The notes below the pieces were generated by a model, which was not told the origin of the DNA, ran no database searches, and worked only from the letters and a program-made list of their open reading frames with translations. This document shows, piece by piece, positions 1 through 13,077 of a stretch of DNA of 64,000 nt (positions are counted from its first letter, which is position 1; the number at the start of each line of letters is the position of its first letter). Made by a program: the position numbers and the translations under genes. The stretch covers positions 50,778,001-50,842,000 of the forward strand of contig OX597816.1 of assembly GCA_951406725.2 (NCBI GenBank). The letters run 5' to 3'. This DNA is from Octopus vulgaris (Eukaryota).

Positions 1-370
1 AATATGCGTCTACGCAATATATTTTCCTGTTTACCTAGATGCATATCACAAAGATACTTGGTTGCATAAATAAATAATATTACTTCCAATCTATATGGTG
101 GGATTAAAGTCAATTCAAAGTAGATCAGAAAACGATTCATCATGCGCAGTTTCCTACCTTTTTCAAAGGACGTGACTCTCACGCGGATTAGGTTGCTGGC
201 AATGAGACGCGTGTAAGGTATATGAATTTGAAATAGTAGAGTAGTGATAAATTATTTAGGGAAATATGCTGATGTATATTTTTTTCACGAAACCATAATT
301 GACTTCGAAACACCACACAAGTATATATATATGTATATATATATATATATATATATACATATATACATAT

Positions 371-438
<68 letters not shown>

Positions 439-619
439 AGAAAACAGAGGAGAATTTCGACTATCCCTACGTGATGTTATTTGCATATATGTGTATACAT
501 ATATATTGTTTGTTTATATATGTTTCTCGCATAATCTTATTTCTTCTTCTTCTCTTTCTTCTTCTTCTTCTACTTCTTCTTCTTCTTCTTCTTATTCTTC
601 TCCTTCTTCTTCTTCTCAT

Positions 620-664
620 TATTATTATTATTATTTATTGTTATTATTATTATTATCATTATTA

Positions 665-729
<65 letters not shown>

Positions 730-730
730 T
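620..730. repeat. (TAT)n microsatellite, preceded by a (CTT)n tract at 540-615 and (TA)n at 322-435
   Basis: Seen directly; explains the poly-Y/L/S/YI ORFs in the track. Confidence 0.95.
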
Positions 731-759
731 ATATTATTTCCTTCATTACATTTGCTATT

Positions 760-1390
760 GGAGTTTTAACAGTCCAGGCGAAATTCTTACGGGTGTTCCG
801 TTTGACTTTACCTTGTGAATTAAAATTCTGCCGGAGTCGATTTTACCTGTAATCCTTTCGATATAGATAAAATACGTACCACTTGAGTAATGGGGTTGAT
901 GTAATCGACTTATACCCGCGAACCAAATTTCCTGGCACTTTGCTAAAATGTTAATAAACTATATTATACAATGCGTCGAGCTAGCAGAATAGTTAGTACG
1001 CCTGACATAGAGCTCAATAACTTTTTGTCAGTTCACATGTTTTGAATCGAAACTCCACCGATGTCGACTTTACCTTTCATCATTTCGCAGTCGATAAATT
1101 ATGTACTAGCTGAGCAGGGATATCCATTTAATAGACTTCTTCACTTCGCCGAAATTGCTGCCTTTGTGCTAAAATTTAAACCAATTCTATACAAGGCGGC
1201 AAAGTGCCAGATTCGTTAGGATGCCGGACGTAATATTCAGCCGCATTTTATCCGTATTGACGCTCTCAATTCAGATGTTGTCAATATCAACGTTACTTTT
1301 CATCGTTCCAGGTTTGATAAAATCAGTAACTGTTGAGTACTTGAGGTCAGTGTAATCGACTTCCCCTCCACCAAACTTTCTGGACTTCTA
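760..1390 (+). mobile_element. Three decayed head-to-tail copies of SINE family B (~210-bp period)
   Basis: Each unit repeats variants of GTCGACTTTnCCTTTCATCnTTTCGnnGTCGATAAA..GTACCAG..TGTAATCGACTT seen in the intact copy at 4527-4762. Confidence 0.7.
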
Positions 1391-1884
1391 TATATAGGAG
1401 AACATATTTCTACTAACATTATATATGCTGGCTCTAACTTAAAAGAGTTGTGAAAAAGTGAATGTTTATGCGTGTTCCAGATTTCCCAGTAGCTTCCCCA
1501 GAGTGGTGTCTTTTTGTTTGTGTTTATATTACCTTTATTGATTTTAGTTCGTTTGTGTGGTGCCCACGCATTGTAGATTCAGAAATGTCATCTGGAACCA
1601 TCCTCGTTGTGAAACTCACAATAACAAGATGGCCTGTGGTCAGTTGTGTTATTACTGTGTCTGTTAGAAAATTAATCATTCCTTCATTAATGTCATTGTC
1701 TAAATTCAGTTTTCTGATTGTCATTCTAGTTTTAATTTTCCAGTCTTCCATCGATGCTGACCGCGAAATACTCTTACACCTATCGAATATAGTTCCAATA
1801 ATATTTTACTTCCATTCATTGTATTTAATAGTCCTTCTGCCAACAATAGACATGATTACATGCATCTGAAAAAAGGCGCAAAGC

Positions 1885-2055
1885 TGATAGGATTGTTAAC
1901 AAAATGCACAAAATGCTTTGGCAGCATTTCCTCATGTTTATACCGTGGTCGACCTTGCCTTTTATCATGTCGGTATCGATAAAATAAGGACCAGCTGAAT
2001 ACCTTTGTGTGACATGCGTCGAATAAGCCAATCCGAACTTGCTGGCAATATGCCT
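1885..2055 (-). mobile_element. Decayed SINE family B fragment
   Basis: Contains GGTCGACCTTGCCTTTTATCATGTCGGTATCGATAAAATAAGGACCAG, which matches the family B core. That motif reads on the plus strand, so the strand assignment is uncertain. Confidence 0.4.
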
Positions 2056-2644
2056 AAAACGGTTTAGCCAAAATTGTCATGTTATTGCATTTATTTGTAT
2101 TAATAATTCTATTATTAATCAATATTATCATTATTGTAATTGCTATTTTACTTCTTCGATTATTATGTATTTTACTATAAGTATTACTTTTGTGTTGTTT
2201 TTTCTTTATTTCCAATGCGGTTATTTTTACTATTATTGTAATTCTACCCACTTGGGAAGACATGTTTTTCTGGAGCTCCATCGCTCCGCCACAACACACC
2301 TCTCTCGGACTTCTTACGCTCATTTCCTTCTTTTTATATTCTATTCGCCTATAATCATCTAAGTGGTTTTATTTGCATACTGAAGTATATATGACACTGC
2401 GTCGCATGCTGTATTGTATTTTTGCGAACATTGCTTATAAAGGAACGACTGTATCCGCTACGTAACTGCGGCTCCAAACTTACGTAATTGATGGTTGTGA
2501 CACTCAAAGGCGTGCATATTGTATAAAAGATAGCAGACAGGCGTGACTTACTCTATACTATTCCCGGCATCGCAATGAGTGTTTGAGCAAAACATATGTA
2601 TTTCACTAAGCAGTAAAGCATAAGAACTGTACCTGTACTTCAAA

Positions 2645-2752
2645 GAGTCAGTCATGTCGCACGCAATGTCACGCTGAATCTCCTTGACAACAGCGCGAAG
2701 GATACGCTTTATAGTTTCACGTGCAAACCCTTCCGTTGATCGGATCAACTAC
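2645..2752 (+). mobile_element. 3' fragment of SINE family D
   Basis: TGTCACGCTGAAT..TTCCGTTGATCGGATCAAC is shared with 35208-35320. Confidence 0.6.
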
Positions 2753-4526
2753 AAACCACAAAACATATTTCCTTTTTGACTTATTTCCCGGAAACAATAT
2801 TCTCGTCTATAAAATTACTTTCAATCTATTCTCAGTACTTTTAAATACGGCTTGGCATTGAAATATTGAGACAGTATTTTTATATATTTTTCATACAGTT
2901 TAACTTGTATGTGTATACATTCATATATATATATATATATATATAATGTAAGGAACTGGAAAAATTAATGCAAATATTCTAAGCCGGGACTTTTATATTT
3001 CTCTCCAACTGTCGAACTACACACAGTACCGTGCACACCTATATGCACCCATGCCTGTGCGTTTTAAATGTGGAAAATGCGCACTACATGTCTCTTAGAA
3101 AACAAGGAAGCTAAAAGATATATTCCTTATATTTTCTTTTGCCTTTGAAGAAAGAATGTATTTGTTACTGCAGTTTTCTTAACGACTATTGTCAATTCCT
3201 ATAATTAATTCACTCCTAGAATTATTCTTTAGAGGTAAATGCGTTCTCTGATGTTTGTATTTACAAACATCACGTCCAAACAACCCCGTCGTAATTCACA
3301 TCTTTGTTCTTCACATTGGGGTTGTCTACCCCATTTTTACTTCTCATAATTGTTTTCTTGCCGTTAATGAGATATTGTGCTATATCTAGAGAAAATGATG
3401 ACATTATACAACATGTGAATGTAATAATTTAATGCAAAAGCTTTAAACAGAGAATTATTATTGTTTGCACACAGTGCATGTATTGCTATTCATGTAACTC
3501 TTTTTTTTTTTACATTTGCATACCCGCTGACTGATATTTCATTTACTGTTTCAGAATGACCACTCGTTTGGAAGATGGTATACGCACACGTATATGAATC
3601 TAAATACAGATATATATGTCTATGTCGTTATATGTAGATGCATATTTGCATATGCTTCTTCTAAACATGTTTCATTACAGCCATCACTATGTTCTGTTTT
3701 ACCACATTTTTTTCTCAACTTAGTTTCAGATTCTTGTAGACATTTTGGAACTATAAATTTCCTAAATCTATATTCAACGTTTACAGACATTCATAATCTT
3801 AGTTTACAGAATTTCCATAGATATGCCCTCGGCATGGTTTGTTATGTACTTTTTTTTTTTTTTTACTCCTGAGCTGGAAACCTGAAAGCAGGAAATCTTA
3901 GAAAAGTTTACAGAAATTTGAGTAATGTATGAGAAGTAGCAGAAATGGCGATTACATTACAGCTTTTAAACTGAGATTATGAAAATCTGGAGGTGTTGAT
4001 TATGTATTTAGGAAGTCCATCGTTTCACACTAAATCCTAATATGTTATACGAAATTAACAAAAATGTGTAATAATAAAAAATAATTTGAAACTTGAACTT
4101 GTGTCTTTCTCTTAAATATAACTTAGCATCTTGCGAAGGTTGATAATTCCATGCTGTTACCTAATATCTGTACTGCATCAGTTTATTACTATTACAAATT
4201 ACAATTCTGCTCGCGTCTCGTGTCCTGAGCTTGTTTTCAATTAAGTTAAAAATACTTCGACGCTTACGAATTTGGAATTCGTATCTGATTCGCTAAATAA
4301 ATTAATAAATATTTGTTGAGGACATTGTTAAATCATTAAGTACTTGCGTATTAGCGTTTACCATATTTTATTTGTATTATGAAAAAAATGCCATATTTTT
4401 CTCAGAATATTCATATTATTACACTTCTATGTTATTTTAATATACGTATTTTTTTGTGTTATGTTAAATACCATCAATTCAATTATCAGAACTACGTGGT
4501 AGCAAATATCTATATTTTCTTTGAAA

Positions 4527-4762
4527 AATGGCGGCGAGCAGGCAGAAAAGTAAGCACGCCGGGCGAAATGCTTAGCAGTAGTTCGTCTGGCGTTACGTTC
4601 TGTGTTCAAATTCCGCCGAGGTCGACTTTGCCTTTCATCCTTTCGTGGTCGATAAATTAAGTACCAGTTACGCACTAGGGTCGATGTAATCAACTTAATC
4701 CCTTTGTCTGTCCTTGTTTGTCCCCTCTATGTTTAGCCCCTTGTGGTGGACAATAAAGAATT
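4527..4762 (+). mobile_element. tRNA-derived SINE family B (Deu/Nin-like central domain) with 16-bp TSD
   Basis: Head GGCGGCGAGCAGGCAGAA; B-box-like GTTCAAATTCC; central GCCTTTCATCCTTTCGTGGTCGATAAATTAAGTACCAG resembles the Deu/Nin SINE domain; TSD TATATTTTCTTTGAAA at 4511-4526 and 4763-4778. Confidence 0.9.
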
Positions 4763-5089
4763 TATATTTTCTTTGAAACCTCAACCAAATGAGAAAGGTT
4801 TAATAGAGATCGAAACTAAACCTCTGTCAGTTTTTAAACCCATCCCATTAAATTTTGTTTCACTTGTTTTGCTTTTTTTTATATCGCGGAAGTCAGTTTT
4901 CACTTCCATCCTACTGCAGTCAATGGAATCATTTCTGGTTAAATACTTTTGAAATATATCGAACTTTATGGTGATTTGCCAAATATAAAATTTATTATAT
5001 ATTATAATTGCATTTTAAATGTCTTTATCGATTTCATATATTTTTCTTCTCCCTTACTTCATTACGAACATCTTCATCACCTTGAAAAT

Positions 5090-5192
5090 GTCTTCTTCTT
5101 CTACTTCTTCGTCTTCTTCTTCTTCTTCTACTTCTTCTTCTTCTTCTTCTTCTTCTCCTTCTTCTTCTTCTTCTTCTTCTCCTTCTTCTTCT

Positions 5193-5227
<35 letters not shown>

Positions 5228-5272
5228 TTCTACTTCTTCTTCCTCTACTACTACTACTACTACTACTTCTTC
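5090..5272. repeat. (CTT)n/(CTA)n microsatellite
   Basis: Seen directly. Confidence 0.95.
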
Positions 5273-5472
5273 CATTTAATGCTATCTCTCGTCATTTCTT
5301 TTTTCTTTTCTTCTGCCTCATGCCTACTCATGAATCATTTTTTATTATTTCTCTGTTTCTCCATTAATTTTCTATCTAGTACCATCCTTGTATTATTCTT
5401 TGCAACTCTCACGTTATCATAGTCATCATTATTGCCATCACTATTTCGTCGTCATCGTAGTCATGACCATAC

Positions 5473-5508
<36 letters not shown>

Positions 5509-5589
5509 CCATCATCGCCGTCGTCGTCGTCATCAATATAACAGAAGAATTCTGAACAACCATATTAACAATAAACAAACAATGTACGA

Positions 5590-6160
5590 TTTTCAGTAAT
5601 ATCTTTCTTGGCATTCAGAGCTTCTCTAAGTGGTTCTAGCCACATTTTTGGTTATGCATGGAAAAATTAGAAATTGTTTTTGTGTACACGTTCAACGTAG
5701 AATGAGTGTTTTATCCTACAAGAAAACTGGTGTCCGTGGATATATTCCTACTGAGCCAGGACTGGGCAGCCAAAGACAATAGAATTTTCTCCATCTCCAC
5801 ATATCCTGTTCTTGTAATCCTTTTCAGTACATGCTTTTCATAATTTCTGTGGTGGTGGGGCGGCTTTTATCTTGTGCTGCAATTAAAAGCCTTCGGTCTC
5901 TGCTTTAAGTCCTGAATTTCTCAGCTATTAATGGGATTTTGTCGTTTGCTTTGTGTAATTCTTTTCTATTTAGTTTAACCCAGTATTTCCCATGAAGGGA
6001 TTTTCTTGCCATCGTTTTATCATGATCAGTCGGTGTTACAGTTTTAGTTTAAATTTCAGGTTTTTTTTCAGCTTTTGTTGTCTCTTTTTGTCTTTATAGT
6101 TAAGTAGTATGAATTATTTTTTGTATTTGTCAGCTTCCTTAAAGACTGAAAACCAGAGGA
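5590..6160 (-). mobile_element. Decayed R4/Dong-type (RLE) LINE fragment, C-terminal region
   Basis: Minus-strand translation through frameshifts gives LHGKYW...GLKAETEGF(L)IAAQDKS..RNYEKH...RICGDGE..IVFGCPVLAQxEYIHGH, the pre-zinc-knuckle and CCHC motifs of this clade. Confidence 0.7.
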
Positions 6161-6179
6161 AAGAGAATCAGCAGTAACA

Positions 6180-6180
6180 A

Positions 6181-6245
<65 letters not shown>

Positions 6246-6290
6246 CTGGTGGTGCTGGTGGTGGTAACAGCAGCAGCAGCAGCAGCGATA
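6180..6290. repeat. (TAG)n/(TGG)n/(CAG)n compound microsatellite
   Basis: Seen directly. Confidence 0.95.
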
Positions 6291-8927
6291 GTCATCACCA
6301 CTATCGTTTCACAGAATTGTATGAATGAAAGTAGGCTAATGAATATTTGCAAATGACCTGTGTTTCTATTATGTAAGTAACTTACATTACGTGAACTAAT
6401 GAATAGTGGTCTAGTTTCCGTTGTGCGTTGAATAATTAAGCTGATTTCAAAGAAACATTGAAGAAGGAGGCGATAATTAGCCTCAGCCTCTTAGTTTTCA
6501 TACACAAGAAAATCATGTGTGGCGAAGGAATTTGCGTTTCAAAAACTTCTACTCGGTTTCAATGTCATTGTCCGATTGTTTTTAAATCGTTGCTCTACGA
6601 CATCCTCGATTAAACCAAAAGCATATGTGAGAACTGTAGCAGATAAAACATATTTGAAGGACATCAGAAGACTCATCTTGTTGGATATTATAAACCAACC
6701 TCCAGTCTCACATCGGTATCTGATCCTTGTGAGAGGGTTGTAGTGTACTCTCCTTCGTAGGAGGCCTGTAAGCCAGGTCTCTTGTCTAAGGATATTTTCA
6801 ACTATTCGTTCCGCAGGTCTTAAACATTATTGATATTAAAAAATATCTCGTTTGTCTTTACGTAATATTTTTGGTAGCTTTATTAAAATTTTTATTATTG
6901 ATTTAACAGCGCAGAGCAGATTATGAAGCTAACAACAATATAAGTGAAAACATTTATCAATCATACAGTAATTTAGCTGATCTTCTCAACTTTATTTGAG
7001 TTCGTTGAGAATTGACTTAATTTTAAGCCATGGATTTACAATTCCGAAGACAATCTTAAATGCCTAAGAACTTCCTATTCAGAACATGTTTCGAATCATG
7101 CACTGGTCTACACTCCAAGGGACGTGTGTATTTTATTAGAGCTACAAGTTGGACATATAAAACATTCTGAATGAAATTTAAAACATAATTTCTCATATAG
7201 CATGTCGCAGAATACATGTCTCAGAATACATTCGTATTCTTGCGCCTATGTATTATCGGCCGTTCGGTTTAATATCACCACCTAAATATAATGTCTTTCG
7301 TGAACTCCACTGAAATGCATACATTCCTGCATACCTTCATCATAAGCCGCTGTGTTCCTTTCTCTCTCTTAATGATTCTTCTTTTCTCTCTTAATTGGTA
7401 TATAAGCAGAATGTAACATTGGGTGATGCTGTATAGGTTATGCAAGAAATGAATTTTTTACCGGATATTAACACTTAGAATGAGTATTTGCATGAATTTT
7501 GTGTGTGCCACATTAGTTGATGTGAGGCTAGCTATCATAAAAAATGTTTTGGTCTTTGTCCATTACACATCTCATGATATACATCAATCTAGGTACTCTT
7601 ACGAGAACAATGCTACCTTTTAATCCAACATAATTCTTCCCACCCAGGCCTCGTGATAACGTAATTTTGTATCTGACATCCAACACGTCAATGATTGATA
7701 AGCATGTCATATTTCTTCGCATACATAATACAACAGAAAGCTTCTAGCATGCAGCAACGATTTATTCCTCTTCCTCAGAAAATTTTGCCTCTTGTGTTCG
7801 GTCTGGTTACATCATTTCTCGTATTCACTTTAAAATATGAAGCAGAATTTTAAACATATGGAACTAAGCAAAAGCGAACACTGGGAGTATTTCACAACGC
7901 ATATGAGTACACCATTCATAGAGATCAAACAAATAAAAGAAAATCACAATATTCTATACATCTGTAAATTGTTTTACGCCTTCCATAATAGAAGCATCTA
8001 TCTATTTTTTTCTATTCGCTTCAACCACGCAGTTGCGGTCATACGGAGGAACTACTGCATACATATAGATTGTCCACATATATATAATCCGTGTCCACAT
8101 TCTGTCGATTTTAATCGATGGGTTGTGGTCATATAACGTCACTCTTTGAAGGTTTAGTCGAACAAATCGACGCCATTAATTAATTTTCAGTTCTGTAATA
8201 ATTCAATCACCCAAACTAATGAGCAGCCAGTTTCTATACAGTGTATCACCTCAGTACCAGAGGAGTAATGCAAAAATCACATCCCAAAGTGTCACGCAGT
8301 TGAACAGAAAATTTTATGTAACGTATACATAGACATAAATTACTTCGCCTATATATGTGTATCCAAGTATAAATTTTATAATTATAACAGAGCTAGATAG
8401 TAAGATAGATATATACATAGATAGACCGATAGACAGTTAGTTAGATAGACTGTTAGATAGACATACATTCTTATAGATGCGTAATCGACAATCGCAAACA
8501 CAAGCATAAATGCGTGACCTTGCATAAGATTATATGTTTGTTTTATAAAGATTTCACTTGTAATAGTGAATATAGCACGTACGGTAAGCTGTGTGAGAGC
8601 TAAAACTGACACCGAACGAGAGAGTGGTGCAGAACGTATATATATATATATTTTTTCTTAACTTAAGGAATGCAAACATTATAATTTGAACACGGATCGA
8701 ATATTTGTATCCTATACTTTGACAATTTGAGAAGTGTACTCCGCCAGAAAATACGATATGTTCTAAATAACCTTGCCAATTCTTTAAAACCTGTACTATA
8801 AGTGTGTAATATGATTCTTTTAAATTCGATAAGAGACTAAGAATGATTTCTCGCTGACTCCAAATAAAACATGTTTTGTTGCACAAATCCAAGGAGGACA
8901 TGGTTCCCAAAATATATGTTCGCATAC

Positions 8928-9023
8928 CACATTTCAGTTTTCTCGTTTAGCAGCCACGATGCGATTGACGAAATCAGATATTGTTCTTTCGTCCATTTTT
9001 TTAGTACTTTCGAATAACTCGAT
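8928..9023 (-). CDS. Candidate 96-nt internal host-gene exon (phase 2-2)
   Basis: Long polypyrimidine acceptor TTTTTATTTTGTTTGTTTTTTTGCATTTTTCTTTTACTTGTACCTTTAG, donor TG/GTATGC, open frame (R)SSYSKVLKKWTKEQYLISSIASWLLNEKTEM; no homology recognised. Confidence 0.4.
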
Positions 9024-9518
9024 CTAAAGGTACAAGTAAAAGAAAAATGCAAAAAAACAAACAAAATAAAAACGTACAGACACCTAACAATCAATAATTC
9101 TGCGTCACAGAATAATGTGCTGAAAGAATAAATGCAGTTAACGATGCAAGTGTATTAGTGCAGGATGCCAATTCTCCCTCACATTTTTTTCTCATTATGG
9201 TATCAATAAGATAGTTTTTGCGGATCAGAACTTTAATTAATTCTTAATTAAACACATCAGTCGTTTACTCTAGCCTCTATCATTATTGATTCATTCTCTC
9301 ACCAAATGAAATTTTATACAATAAAACTTTTTCTTTCTTTTTAACTGAAGTGTTACCTATTTTAAAGTTATGTTAACTTTTCCAACATTCACCAACGAAT
9401 CCAACACTACACAGTCTTACGCGCACGCACGGACGTAGTCATATACATGCACATACACACAGACGGACACACGCACACATGTAGATATACACGTACATAC
9501 ATGCAGGCATACAGAGAA

Positions 9519-9579
<61 letters not shown>

Positions 9580-9711
9580 CTCGTCGAAACTTCGGAGCCA
9601 CCGCCAGTATCATCCTTGTTAACGAACAATAAACATGTAATAAATATAATGAGCATTCCATCAAATCATTGCCAAATTCTTTATATTATAGCATAAAATG
9701 AAACGAACATT

Positions 9712-9782
<71 letters not shown>

Positions 9783-9954
9783 TAAGAAAGTTTGTTTGGT
9801 AAAGCACGTGGGTGAATATATAAGAAAGTAGTAAAGAGTGAAAAAACGACAGAAGGCTTAAATGTTAAAAAATATATATATTTGCGTCAAAATGTCTGGA
9901 AAATATTGGAAAAATTTTTTTCCTCCTTAAAATGACATAATTTTATAATTTTTA

Positions 9955-9993
9955 AAGAAATACAGGTTTCGCAGTTAGCTCATCAAATTTCTT
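9955..9993 (-). ncRNA. Variant minimal hammerhead-like motif (PLE-1 inverted arm)
   Basis: AAGAAAT-TTGATGA-GC taact GC-GAAA-CCTG-T-ATTTCTT. Confidence 0.6.
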
Positions 9994-10122
9994 GTGACTT
10001 AATGTTTATTTTTAATAACGTAATCCTTGTATTTTTGCTACGGAGAGTTCTAAATTAGGGAAAGTAGTGAGTGATTTTTTCCGGTGTAAGGGAGATAATC
10101 GCCAAAAAAATTTTTTCTTCCT

Positions 10123-10650
10123 TTAGTGTGAATTTCTCTGTATTATTGAGTTCGGATAGTTGAGTCTGGGTTTGTACTTTTCAATGAAGAATGTTTCCTT
10201 ATTTAGCCTAATTTGTGATGATGATCCGAAAGCACATTGGTAAAATGGAAAGATTAAAAATTGTGGTTGTAGTTGCTTTGCGCATTTCTCAATGTGTTCA
10301 CTAAAAGGTATCATTCTATATTCTGGGAATGCAATCTGTTGTCGATGCAGTGTGCATCTACGTCTGAGTGATAGTCCCGTGGACCCCACGTAGTCTTGGT
10401 GGCAGCCCGAGCATTTAATGACATAAATTATGTTTTCAGAGGCACAAGTAAAGTTAGATTTGATCTTGAATTTCTGTCCCTCTTTAAAGAAGAATTCTGA
10501 TCCTTCCAATAGGTTAGGACATGTTGCACAGTTCGATCTACCACATTTTTTTTACTTTTGCATCCGTAACTTTAGAAGACAATTTTGCCTTTGTGAGAAT
10601 CTTTTTAAGTGATTTAGGCTGTTTGTAGCTTTTAATGATTTGGTGTATGT
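10123..10650 (-). pseudogene. Inverted duplicate of the PLE-1 GIY-YIG domain
   Basis: Same peptide as the C-terminus of the 11977-12777 ORF. Confidence 0.9.
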
Positions 10651-10737
10651 ATGACTTTGGTGATTTTTTAATGGTTTCATTTATAATTTGACTTTTATGA
10701 ATTTTTGGCAGAAAATAGAAAAGGCTATGTGGTTACA

Positions 10738-12777
10738 GATCTTGACGAATTATGTAACCACATTGAGAACTTCCCCTACCATACTATACATAAACAGAAA
10801 GCTAACCCAAATTTTAACACTACACAATGGAAAGCACTGATAGAACTTCAAAATGATGAGGATATAACCATTAAGGAAGCAGACAAGGGAAATGCAGTTG
10901 TAATAATGGATACATCATACTACAGAAATCTTGTAATTTCCTTGCTTGATGACGACCTACATTATGAAAAAATTACCAACTACACCCAACAAAAAATAAT
11001 GAAAACTCTATCTTCACTAATTAAAACCCATGAAAAGGAACTAACAACCAAAGAGATTGATTTCCTAACAAACTTCAAATGCAAACCTAGCCTTTTCTAT
11101 GGTCTGCCAAAAATTCATAAAAGTCAAATTATAAATGAAATCATTAAAAAAACACCAAAGACATACATACACACACCCAACCCGGGGGACCTAAAACTAC
11201 GACCCATTGTAGCTGGCCCAACCTGTGAAACACACAGACTAAGTCTGCTTATGGACATCCTCCTGAAACCCTTCCTTAAACATATCGATAGCCATATCAG
11301 AGATGACTTAGATATGTTAAACCACCTCCCAAAAAAAGCCAAGGAAGAAACAATCCTGGTTTCATTTGATGTAGTCAACTTGTATACCAGTATACCTCAT
11401 AATTATGGACTGGAAGCAATTCAGTTCTGGTTAGACCAATTTCCGGAAGAAATACCAAAAAGGATCAGTAAAGTATTCATTACTAAATCAATTGAATTCA
11501 TCCTACACAATAACCACTTCATGTTTGACAATAAATTTTACCGTCAAAAATCCGGAATTGCTATGGGTACAAGGGCAGCACCAGTCATTGCGAACTTAAC
11601 AATGGGATACATGGAAATAACCATTTACCAGGAATCCTTATCAATCTTCGGAAACCCCCTCTCTCAATACATAAAAGAGAACTGGAAACGATTCTTGGAC
11701 GATTGTTTTATTCTCTGGAATGAAAACACAGATAAACTCTTAAAATTTAAAAACCTATTGAACAGCATAAACCCAAATATACAGTTCACAATGGAATACA
11801 ACCAAAAGGAGCTCCCGTTCTTGGATATACTAATTAAAAAAATTAACCTTAAAATAGAAACAGACATTTTCTACAAAGCCACAGATGCCAAACAATACCT
11901 TCTTTTTAGTTCATGCCACCCAAGACACACTTAAACAAACATTCCCTTCAACCTTGCAAGAAGGATATGCACAATAGTGTCAGAACAAAACACCAGGAAC
12001 TTCAGACTGCAAGAACTCAAAAACACCTTAATTGACAGACATTACCCAACTCAACTCATAGAGGATGGGATCAGACGTGCAACAGAAATCAACATAGAAA
12101 CTTTAAGAAAAGTTCAACACAACAACACACCTTCCCCGAAAATACTACCTTACATATCTACATACAACCCCAGAAACAAAGAAGCTTTCACCATCATCAC
12201 CCAGAATTTAACAATACTTCATAAAAACCCCAAATTAAAGGAAATTCTAAACATACACCAAATCATTAAAAGCTACAAACAGCCTAAATCACTTAAAAAG
12301 ATTCTCACAAAGGCAAAATTGTCTTCTAAAATTACGGATGCAAAAGTAAAAAAATGTGGTAGATCGAACTGTGCAACATGTCCTAACCTATTGGAAGGAT
12401 CAGAATTCTTCTTTAAAGAGGGACAGAAATTCAAGATCAAATCTAACTTTACTTGTGCCTCTGAAAACATAATTTATGTCATTAAATGCTCGGGCTGCCA
12501 CCAAGACTACGTGGGGTCCACGGGACTATCACTCAGACGTAGATGCACACTGCATCGACAACAGATTGCATTCCCAGAATATAGAATGATACCTTTTAGT
12601 GAACACATTGAGAAATGCGCAAAGCAACTACAACCACAATTTTTAATCTTTCCATTTTACCAATGTGCTTTCGGATCATCATCACAAATTAGGCTAAATA
12701 AGGAAACATTCTTCATTGAAAAGTACAAACCCAGACTCAACTATCCGAACTCAATAATACAGAGAAATTCACACTAA
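10738..12777 (+). pseudogene. PLE-1 RT plus GIY-YIG endonuclease, one in-frame stop at 11932-11934
   Basis: IKEADKG, YGLPKIHK, LRPIV, SFDVVNLYTSIP, GIAMG, KRFLDDCF, LPFLD, CxxxxCxxC linker, IIYVIKCxxC..YVG, H..H..C. Both ORF pieces are in the same frame; TAA replaces the K of HTKTN seen in PLE-2. Confidence 0.92.
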
Positions 12778-12906
12778 AGGAAAACAATTTTTTTAAAGCG
12801 ATTATCTCCCTTACGCCGGAAGAAATCACTCACTACTTTCCCTTATTTAGAACTCTCCGTAGCAAAAATACAAGGATTACGTTATTAAAAATAAACATTA
12901 AGTCAC

Positions 12907-12945
12907 AAGAAATTTGAAGAGCTAACTTCGAAACCGGTATTTCTT
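12907..12945 (+). ncRNA. Variant minimal hammerhead-like motif (PLE-1 3' end)
   Basis: AAGAAAT-TTGAAGA-G ctaactt C-GAAA-CCGG-T-ATTTCTT; 7-bp stem I, palindromic stem III ACCGGT. Confidence 0.62.
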
Positions 12946-13077
12946 TAAAAATTATAAAATTATGTCATTTTAAGGAGGAAAAATATTTTTCCAATATTCT
13001 CCAGACATTTTGACGCAAATATATATATGTTTTAACATTTAAGCCTTCTGTCGTTTTTTCACTCTTTACTATTTTCT

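Noticed and set aside
1462-1869. 135-aa and 75-aa ORFs
   Set aside because: No recognisable domain; likely decayed repeat or chance.
2552-2627. Possible third minus-strand exon (SYALLLSEIHMFCSNTHCDAGNSI, donor GTAAGT)
   Set aside because: The acceptor is weak and overlaps a SINE fragment; insulin-like Cys spacing does not fit.
3555-3577. Possible plus-strand 23-nt microexon after a good acceptor
   Set aside because: Weak donor, no partner exon, cannot be supported from sequence alone.
11932-11934. In-frame stop in the PLE-1 ORF as possible recoding (selenocysteine-type PLE)
   Set aside because: The stop is TAA at a Lys position, not TGA at a Cys position; simple nonsense change or sequencing error.
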